Below, piece by piece: positions 1 to 10,400 of a stretch of DNA of 64,000 bases. A program made the translations under genes and the position numbers. Positions within the stretch are counted from its first letter, which is position 1; each line of letters opens with the position of its first letter. This DNA comes from Rhynchobatus australiae (taxonomy: Eukaryota): positions 14,235,140-14,299,139 of the forward strand of contig JAUZTB010000068.1 in the NCBI GenBank assembly GCA_034780895.1, read 5' to 3'. A model generated the notes under the pieces. That model was not told the DNA's origin. It searched no databases and saw nothing but the letters and a program-made list of their open reading frames with translations.

Positions 1-437
1 AGTAACCAGACCAAGGAATACAAAATCCACCAGATAATCAAAGCCCAGTGTTATTCCTTCCTTTTAGTAAAACACTGCCTTCCGAAGTTCCATATTTTTC
101 TCCCATGTGTTTTCAACCATAATACAATCCTAAACCAAGAAAATAAGCTGCTCCCAGCATCACTCTGCAAACAGGAAAGTGATTCACATTGACTTGCCCT
201 ACAATCTTATCTCTCTACCCACATAAACCAGACTACACTGTAGTTATTGTCTGATTATTTAAACATTATTGTTATTATCTTGCTTGAGAATAAACAATGT
301 TGTCTTTTCTATTTGAAATATCTGCAGAGAAAGAAAGAGACAAAGAAGAAAGCACATTTAAGCCAAACTTTACATCACAGGAAACATGACAATCAAATTA
401 GTCAGAGCAAAATCCCAAAACATCAAGATATTGATGA

Positions 438-615
438 TAATGTTGTTTGAGTGTTAAACATTTGATCAGGATACTGGGGAGGATTCCTCGCTCAACTTTA
501 TTCATGCCATCAGAAGCACATGAGAAGGCAGAAGGGGCTTCAGTTTAACTGCACTTCTGGAAGATGGCACTTTTGAACAGTGCAGTTCTCCTTCAGCACT
601 GCTACTATGAGTCTA
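438..615 (-). mobile_element. Decayed DeuSINE (SacSINE1/AmnSINE1-like) in the SoxF 3' UTR
   Basis: The reverse complement reads cagtgctgaaggagaactgcactgt..ggtgccatctt..gttaaactgaagcccc..ccccagtatcctg..aacatt, matching the same family at 63000-63385 and 11228-11660. Confidence 0.65.
497..502 (-). terminator. Candidate polyadenylation signal (AATAAA) for the SoxF gene
   Basis: TTTATT on the plus strand, about 128 nt past the stop codon. No transcript evidence. Confidence 0.35.
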
Positions 616-629
616 CCAATGACGAGGTG

Positions 630-1432
630 TCAAATGAATTTGGAAATGGTATTATAATAGGCTGTATTCACATCTGCCAACACAGAAACAAGATCAGTTT
701 CAGCAGTGTCATTGCTCCCAGAGACCTTCTCGTTCAGTAGATGCCCAAGTGGATCAGCCCAGGAGTCATTGTTCAGGTACTGGTCAAACTCATTGCGATC
801 CACATCAGCCAGCAGGTCAGAGTAGCACAGATTGTCCAGGATTTCCATGTCATTCTCTGGTTGCATAGTTTGAGAGGTCTGAATGCAACATTGGGTCAAG
901 TTCTCATGCAATAGAGAGGGTTCTGCCATTTTGTGACAACAAAATGTATCGCGAGGAGGCGGCGCTGGGGTCATTTGATAGGATTGGCTGCAGTACAGCC
1001 TAGCATCAGGCTGAGGAAGTCCATAAACTGGATGAGATATTGGACAGTCTATTCCTGTCAGCCCACTCTGTGTTTCTGCTGTGCACTGTGGTTGAGTCAT
1101 TTGTGTGCTGGTTATTGGAGGGCATTTCTCTGAGGGGAGAATTTCCTGCTTGCTGGGTGAGTTTAGTTCTGGGAGAGGGTGTGGGTGGGCAATCTGATCC
1201 ATTGCCTGTTTGCTGATGGGAAATTTCTTGTCTTGACGAACAGTTGATTCCTGTTGCTCAATGCTCTCCACGTGAATGGAAACACCATTCCTGTATGGGC
1301 CACGGGTTTGGCTTTTCCGTCGTGGCCTGTATTTGTAGTTGGGGTATTCCAACATGTGCTCCACTCGCAGCCTCTCTGCTTCTAAAATGTACGGTCGCTT
1401 CTGCACCACAGTGAGGGATCTCCAACAGCGCC
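630..1432 (-). CDS. sox7-like: SoxF gene coding exon 2 (second half of the HMG box, transactivation region, C-terminal SoxF motifs)
   Basis: Acceptor CCTTCCAG|GG with AG at 1434-1433. Encodes [23 protein letters not shown], the SoxF beta-catenin-binding motif DRNEFDQYL (774-800) and the Sox7-type tail [17 protein letters not shown]. Confidence 0.93.
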
Positions 1433-4400
1433 CTGGAAGGCGAATGGAGACACATTGAGCCAATATGGAGATGGTAAAAGAAATGCACTTTAAGAAAGAC
1501 AATGTCCTTATTTAAAGATCATTTATTAATGTAGTGTAACAAAATAGTACAGCACAGAAAGAAGAAATTCAGCCTTCTGAGTCCACACTGCAGCACGGAA
1601 TGAGTTATTCAGTTGGGTTTACTTTCCCTGATACTTACCACATCTTCTGGCAACATTTTCTCTCTGAAGCACTTATCCAATTTCTTCTTAAAGGGAAATG
1701 CCTGACAAGCAACATATACAAGTTCAGAACCACTTGATGGTATTTATTCGATTACTTTCCAGGCATGAATTGCTTTGAGATGTCTTCTGGTGGTGAAAGT
1801 TGATAAGAAAATGAATAGATGTAATGNNNNNNNNNNCTTTTACTCTGCATGTCTGTTCTTGGTTCACACAATATCTATATCCAAAGGTCAGTTCTAACCC
1901 TCCAATTTCAATTAGGATAGTTCCTTTGCTTTCTTTTTACATAAAGTTTGGTGTATCTTCTGCTGAAACCCTGATCCATGCCTTGGTATTTGCTAGATTC
2001 AGTAATTCCAGTGCTCTGATGGCCTCCTAAATAGCTTACTGTGTAAACTTGCTCATTTAAAACCTTACATCTTATATCCAAACTTGCCCCATGTTTCCCT
2101 GTACTTTCTGGCCTACGTTAGCTTCCTATATGGCAAGCCTCTGATTTTGAAATTCTCACCATGAGATCCAATCCCCCCAGGATTTCTCCCATCCATATTT
2201 GTAATCTCCTCCATCCCTGATCTCTGCATTCTTTCAGTCCTTAAATTCCAGCAAGAATTGGTCAGCTGCCCTAATTATCTCTTTAATGATGCCAGTTTTT
2301 GGTTGATCACTCCTGTGAAGAGTCTTGGCACTTGTAAAGATGCTATACTGTATACTTTAAGTTATTTATCCCTCACTTTTGTTAGGATTTAATCCTATAG
2401 ATAATTAATTGGAGTGATTGGATGTCACAAGGTGGTTGTGTGCAAAGAGGTTATTTAACCTAAAATGCAACTGATCAGACCCTGATCCTTCTGTCATCCA
2501 GTGTCCATGTGCACTAAATGGTCGAGTCCAATATGAATGACCCAGGGGAGGACTGCTGAAAATAAATAAGTCCTGGGACTTTGCAAGTGCATCAGTAATG
2601 AGCTGATGCTTCTACTGTAAGTTTTTTCATTGGTTTCATTATAGATCACAACAGGACTCCCAGGATCTTTTGCATTCACCTGAGAAAGAAGCCAGTGTAC
2701 CATTTTAATTATTCATCCAATTCATCAGCTCTGACAATCCATTTTCAAAGTGTGCCAGTGGTGGGAATTAATTTTTAGGGTAGTGGATGGGTGGCAATCA
2801 AGCGGGCTGCTTTGTTCTGAAAATGGGAAAGATCATTTATCTCTTAAGAAATGATACACATCTGTATTTTTTCTGTAACTCTGAAACTTCACTGTGGAGT
2901 TATAGCATCCAAATGCTTAATTAGCATCATTGCCTAAATTTCTTTCAGTATTTGACTTTGGTGAGTTATCCACAATCTTCAAACACCTGACAAATCGATC
3001 TCAGGCAAGTCTTTGACAGAGATTTGGATGCAATTACCTCACCAAGTCATTTCAAACCCTACCCTTATTCATGCATTTTTCTCTTTTATCATAACTACAT
3101 TAGTCTTTATTTTCACAGGCCTGCTGTGGAAATCAAAGGTTTGAGGAAAGGGTAGTAACAAAAGCTTGCAATAAAGGGTCAGACATGATCTTAGATTTTT
3201 GGGCTCTACTGGAGGAGATGCAGCTCTGCATTTCATTATATTTCATATATGATAACTTTCTATCTTTGAGTGACTTCAGAGATTTCATCTAAGAAACAAT
3301 TAACATGGCCCGCACATGGCCAGCCTTTGTTTTTTCATACTTTACTCCTGGTGCCAAATTTGTCATCCATGGTGATAATATTTACATGACTGCATGATGC
3401 TTTTAAGGCACTTCTGTGTTTAAAGTTAGAAAGTAAATAAGTTATTGCAAATTAATTCTTTGAAGAGCCAGTGCTTTTCTTTTCTCCCCCCCCCGCCAGT
3501 TTTGTTCCACTTTATTCTCCATTCATTTCCTGACCCTTCTTTAACAGATCAATAAAGTCCTTCTTTATTGTCAATCCTTCTACCTAATGTTGTTTCCAGC
3601 AATGTTAGTATTAAAAGCTCAGAATAGTTTTGTACGTAATTTTCCATGATTCTAATTATGCACAGGTTAGAGAGGGTGTGGGGAGAGAAATAGGATACTT
3701 CAAATACAAATATTTGTTTTGATGATAAATTCCAACAATAAAGCTGGGTCAGAATGCCACTCTTAAATCCATCAAAAAATCACTTCATGCTAAAATAAAA
3801 CAAATTATTATGTTCCATCAGTTCCATTGGTTCATGGAAGATTTCACATCTGTAATTATGCAGCTAACTTTTATCATCAACTTCTCACTTAATTTCGAAT
3901 TCTTAATGGGAATGATTTCCTTCTATCTCCCAAAGTTTATGTGGTGCTGATCCCAAGTGTTTACTATCCCCTTGGTGGGTCTCTTGGTCACTGTAACTTG
4001 TCCCTAGTGTGCTTGTGAGTGGTAGAATCTGGAGGGAATTGGGGGAATAAAATGGGATTCGGGTAGGATTAGTGTGATCTCAGTGAGCTGAAGGGCCTTT
4101 TTCTGTGCTATTCCTGGTGCATATTTCCCAGTATGATTAAATTTTTGGATTCTAGCTTTCAAGGAAGGCTGAAGGCTTTGAGTAAGAGCTTCAGTGCAGC
4201 CATTAAAAGTCAAGTCAATTGATATTCTTCAAAAAAATATTTAACATTTTGAACATATAATATAATTAGGTAATTGGAAATAAAATGACNNNNNNNNNNN
4301 NNNNNNNNNNNNNNNNNNNNNNNNNNNNNNNNNNNNNNNNNNNNNNNNNNNNNNNNNNNNNNNNNNNNNNNNNNNNNNNNNNNNNNNNNNNNNNNNNNNN

Positions 4401-7400
4401 NNNNNNNNNNNNNNNNNNNNNNNNNNNNNNNNNNNNNNNNNNNNNNNNNNNNNNNNNNNNNNNNNNNNNNNNNNNNNNNNNNNNNNNNNNNNNNNNNNNN
4501 NNNNNNNNNNNNNNNNNNNNNNNNNNNNNNNNNNNNNNNNNNNNNNNNNNNNNNNNNNNNNNNNNNNNNNNNNNNNNNNNNNNNNNNNNNNNNNNNNNNN
4601 NNNNNNNNNNNNNNNNNNNNNNNNNNNNNNNNNNNNNNNNNNNNNNNNNNNNNNNNNNNNNNNNNNNNNNNNNNNACTAATTTCTATATGCCAAAGAGAA
4701 CAAATGCAATTGGAAAAACCTTCAAGCTGTGGTATCAACAGAATCTCAATTATATTCTGGGGATGTAGTTAATTTGGTTGAACAGGAGCTGATTTTGGGC
4801 AAATTGAATCCTAAATCATAGTAAATAACAGGCTTTTGAAAATAAGTCACTCCAATAGTACAATAAGAATCGGTGTAGGTCATTTAGCTCATGTCCATCC
4901 AACCATTTATTGGCTGATTTGTGAGTGGACCATGCACTCAGCTTTACCTCAAAGCATTTGGTTTAAAGGAGGTAATTTGCATGGTTAGAATTCCTGTTCT
5001 TTTGCAAGGCTGGGCTGATTGCACCTGGCTTGCATTGACATGGCAAGTGGAAAACGATACCCTTGTTGTTTGTTCCCTTGTTGGTTCTTAAATGATAAAC
5101 CAGTTGTTCCAGGTTATACCATATCTCATATTATATTCCCTTACAACATAGGGCCATTAGGCCCGTTGAGTCTATTCCTTTTCCCAGAGCAATTCCATCA
5201 GTCCCATTCCCCCATTTATTTCCATGTAATCTATTCTCATTCCCATGCTGATCAATTCCCCTCTAATTTTACCACCCACCAACATGAGAGGTAATTTAGT
5301 CACCAGTTAACCTGCAAACTCCTTTGGGATATGAGATGAAACCAAAGTACCAAGGGGCAAACTCATACAGTCACAGGGAAGAAGTGAAGGTCCCACACAG
5401 ACAGTAGTGGTGGTCAGGATTGAACTAGAGTCATTGAAGCTGTGTGACAACTACACTATTAGCTCCGCCACTGTGCCACCCACTGAGCCTCATTCTATTT
5501 CCATTTGAATATAAAGTATAAATCCAAAGAGTTTGAGGTGGCAAGTTGTCTATTAATTGAAGCCTTCTGCAAGTGGAGAATTTTCCCAGCAGACTTGCAT
5601 TTTCACTGAACACTTCGACTAAAGTTGGACCTCTGTTGTCCTGTTAGCTCTGTTTATATTAGCTGGTGTTGATGTATGGATGTTTGTACGTTAATATACA
5701 GCTCCTGAGAGTCTATCTTACACATTGGCTATGAGATGAAGAGTAAAGTTTCCTGTCTGGGTTATATGGGTACATGTCATGACTTTGAGATGATCGGGAC
5801 TTGATTGGAGATTCAAAGGTTTGGACAGGTGAATTAAACTGGCAATGCCCAAGAAGACCATGTTTTGTGTAGGGATCCAGTAAAATTTTACTGCAATCAA
5901 AGCCCAAGACCTTGTGTACAATTGAATAGGCCTTAAAAGACTAAATGTAGACAATGGCTTTTCTTTTACTTGCTTTGCAGAACAAGTGGAGGAAGTCATA
6001 AGCTGCAGGTAACAGGCCATGGGCAAAGTCAGGCTGCAGAGAAGTCAGGGGGTGGGGTAATAGTTGGAGTGCCAATCAATTGCAGGAGTGGGAGAAACAG
6101 GACCTTGAGTTATTGGAGGAAGGTGTTATGATTGACAGATACAGAGCGTCGTGGAGTTCACATTCAAACTACAGTGGCAGAAGGCGATAGGGGCTGCAAT
6201 GGATTTAGGATGGGGAGCTTGAGTGAGACCTCTGGTGAGGGCACATTAAGGGGATTTGCCTGTAGGTGGTTCTAAACATTGGACTCCATAGGCTTGGTCT
6301 TACTGAAGCAGACCTCACATTCATTGTGAAGTCCTCCATCTGCAAGAATGGCCCAAGCTGTCCATGGACTACACTTACCCGAGTGGAAATGCTGTGCTCT
6401 GGGCCTCTGTGCACAGGTGCCAAAAGAGGAGCTAGAAGCAAATTAATTGACATTGGTGAAAGATGCTGCAAGAAACTCACCATTTTTAGCAATTAGTTTG
6501 CCTGTTAAGTTCTGTTGAGTTGGCTACATAACTGCTGAGCTACATAATAGAATATCTAGGCCACAGAAACAAGATATTGAGATTGTAAAGTTCTATATTG
6601 CTGTGTCTGCCCCATTGAAGCCTCATGCCACCGCACCTCATCTAATCCAATTGACACATCTTTTGAAAACAGAGATAGAAAATGCTGGAAAAGCTCAGGT
6701 CAGGAAGAATCTGTGGAAAGAGGGACAGTCAACATTTTGGGTTGGCCACCCTTCAGAATTCTTTGTCAGGAACACTATCTTCTGCTTTATTCTCTCTTAT
6801 GTACTGATCCAACCTCCTTTTAACTGTTTCAGTGATATTCACCTCAGCTACTATTTGGCATAGCACTGCTCCCATTCCAAACTTTTGCGGTGTAGAGAAG
6901 TTTTTTCAAGATTTATTAGCACCTCTCTGATATTATAGCTCCTACCTCTGGTCTTGCTTAAAGGGGAAACATTTTTTTCCACATCCGTCTTATCAAACTC
7001 TTCCACAATTTTATCAGGTCACCATTCAGACTTCCCTTTTCTAAAGGAAAGAAATGCCACCTGTTCAATTATTCCTGACAATTGAATTAAAAGTTATAAT
7101 TTTTCTGCCTTAGTCGATTAAAATCAGATGTCATTTGACATATTGACACCTGTGGATTTGTTTAAGCAATCTATTGATACTCAATTAGTTTCATAAGTGT
7201 CAATTGTTGACTCCGTTTGATCTGAAGTAAAAGCAGAAAATTCTGGACAATCTCACAAGTTACACAGCACCTGTGGAAAGAGAAACAGTTCATGTTTGAG
7301 GTTGAAGACCCTTCATTAGCACTTCAACCTGAAACATATTTCAACTATTTTTCTTTCTTCAGATGCTGCCTGACCTGCTGAATTTTTCCATATTTTGTGT

Positions 7401-10400
7401 TTTTACTTCAAATTTCCAGCACCTGCGGTTTTAAAAAAAATTCCATCTGATCTAGTTTGCTGGCTGTTTACAGTTTAAATTGGGGGGAGAGAATGTTAAT
7501 TAGAACAAAATATGGAAATAAATCAGGTGGCAAATTAGAATTGAATACATATAACAAATTAGAAAAATATTGAGGTTGAAGTCTGGAAGTGAGAATTTGA
7601 GATAGTTGTCCAGTGTTATCAGTGGTTTCATCAGAACAAACTTTAAGCAAGATCTTTGAAGTTCCCTTGAGGTTTATAAACTGCATACAAAAACTATTGC
7701 ACCAATCTGACTCAGGCAGGCCAAATTTTGTCTACAAGTCAGCATTATCTGACTGTCTTGCTTTTTGTATTTGCCTTAATGAAAAAAACCTTGAAGTCGG
7801 AAAACATCTCTCAATAATTACAGTATTTCTGAAATATTATCCTATTGTAACTGGAATTTTTACCCACATTTGGAATGGGCAGATGATTTAAAACTGCATC
7901 TGAAGCAGGGTACCTGGAACAAGGTGGCACTCTCTCAGTCTTACACCAAACTGTTAGTTAAGTGGACTTTGGTGGCAAAAGTAGCAAGGAGATAATCACA
8001 AATAGTTGCAAGACGTCTGCGAAATGAATGGGAATGTAGGTCATATTTCTTTGTGTGGTTTGGTAAGAGACAGTGGAAATCTATGGATCACTGTCATCAC
8101 CATGGCATTAGTGAGAATTTTATAATGCTGTTGCTGTGAATCACATTGTTGCATTTGAGAGTCTAGCAGGCATACAAAGACAGTTGTAGTACTTTAGGTA
8201 CAGTTTAATGGGAGGATGACAACATGAGTGTGTTTTTATATGAACATAATTTAACAAGTTGAATGCTATATAACAGATGTCAGCAAAGTGTGATAGTAAA
8301 GAGCATAGAAGAGTTGTTTCTAAGAACACAAGAACATAAAAGATAGAGGCAGAAGTAGGGAATATTGTAGTAATCCTGTGCCTCATTCCAGTTTTTTCAC
8401 ATTATCCCCATATCCCTTGATTCCCTTAGTATTCACAAATCTGTTGATTTCTCCTTGAAATATATTCAATGACTGAACATTCGCAACCTTCTGAAGTATC
8501 TAATAACAAACATTTACAACCCACTGGGTAAGGAAGTTCCTCCTGTCTGAAGTGATAGCTTCTGTATACTGAGACTTCTCCTGGTTTTATCCTTGGTTGC
8601 CATGTATCTGTTTGATCCCTCTCAGAATCTTGTTTGTCTGAATGGGATCATCTCTAATTCTTTTTTAGTTTCATGAGGATTAGCCAATCTTCCTCAGTCT
8701 AACTTACAAGGCAACACACTCATCTGCAGAACTAATTTAGTGAGTCCATGCTGCACTACCTACATTCTGTAATGTCCGCCCTGCATCTAGCCTGTTGAGT
8801 CTTTAAGAATTCGGTGAATTTCTCTTAGACACATCTTGTTTCTATAAGATGGAGAATATAGACCTAGTCAACTCGATCTCTTCTCATAGGAAATCTCAAT
8901 GTCCCTGGAACCAGTCCAGTGAACTTTGCTGTATTCCTGCAATGAGTTCTGGTAGGGAGACCAAAGTTATATACAACACTTCAGATATTGACAGTATTGT
9001 GAAGATTAATTTTGAGATCCTTTTTTAGTACCTGTTATTGAGTCAGAATATACTAATATTTAGCAGAGGTCAGTCATAAACTGGAGTTCAGATGCTAACT
9101 GTTCTGACCTCGTGCATGAATGAATGATAGTAGATTTGGAGTAAAATAATGGATAAGATGTGATTAAAAGTATTCCTCACCATCTGGGACATGCCCTCTT
9201 CTTGTTACTACCATAGGGGAGGAAGTACAGAAGCCCGAAGACCCACACAACAATTCAGAAACAGCTTCTTCTCCTCCACCATCAGATTTCNNNNNNNNNN
9301 NNNNNNNNNNNNNNNNNNNNNNNNNNNNNNNNNNNNNNNNNNNNNNNNNNNNNNNNNNNNNNNNNNNNNNNNNNNNNNNNNNNNNNNNNNATCTTTCTGC
9401 CATGGAGACACTTTTTCCAATTTTTCCTCACAAAAGTCTTCATTATTTAGATGTTGTGGGATAGAATATTGATGGTTTTGTACATTTTCTCTTCTATAAG
9501 CTAATCACAGTCATTTTCCCATCTATTTTTGTGCGATGCAGGAGTTGGTTAATGGGCACACAAGACATTTGCTTTGTAATTGATAGTTACAAAGCACTAA
9601 GAGAAAGACACAATGTAATCTTTCCATTTTCCTTCTCTACGTGGCAAAAAATTGTATTTGTATAGTACTTTCAATGTAGTAAAATGTTTTTCAGGACTGC
9701 ACAAGAACTTTATCAAAGCAAAATTGACTTGGATTTATGGAACAATTCGCCAGAATGGAGAAAAATTGGGAGATGGGAGGGAAGGAATTCCAGAGCTTGT
9801 GGTCTAGGCAGCTGAATGCAAGGATGTGAATGATGTAGCAAAGAAAATCAGGAATCCACAAGAAACCAGGATACAAAAGGGTAGAGTTCTCAGACGGCTG
9901 TGAAGCAAGAGTAAGATACAGAATTGGGGCATAGAAAGCCATACAGCGATGGATGAGAATTTTATAACAAAAGCATTGACCTATCAATATGGATTATGAC
10001 TGGGGATCTGAGATGATGGACAAGTGGGATGGTTCTAGTGTAAAAAGACACTTTATCCTTAGGCTGGTAGTTTTCATCCATACCATTGCTGAGACGGACA
10101 AGGAGACAAGGAGTGAGCAAGCTCTGACCAAGTTCGATCCAGCCCTCTCTCTCAATTTTCTGAACCAGGTTGTATTCCAGCTGGATAATACTACAGTTAT
10201 TGTTCTTTGTCTTAGGAAGTGAAATTAACAGTTGAAATTAGTGACAATGCACACTTGGATCCTAGTGATGGTCCTGCAGTCAGTCTGCTGACATTCAGTC
10301 TAAGCTGACACATTAAGGACATAAAGGATGGAATCCTGCGATCTATCACCCCCAAATTGCAAAAGTCAGTACCTTTGCTGACTTATTTTTGCATCATTAC

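Noticed and set aside
1433-1502. N-terminal extension of the 290-aa ORF (MSFLKCISF...)
   Set aside because: Intronic read-through upstream of the splice acceptor. The real N-terminus and first half of the HMG box are at 12604-12817.
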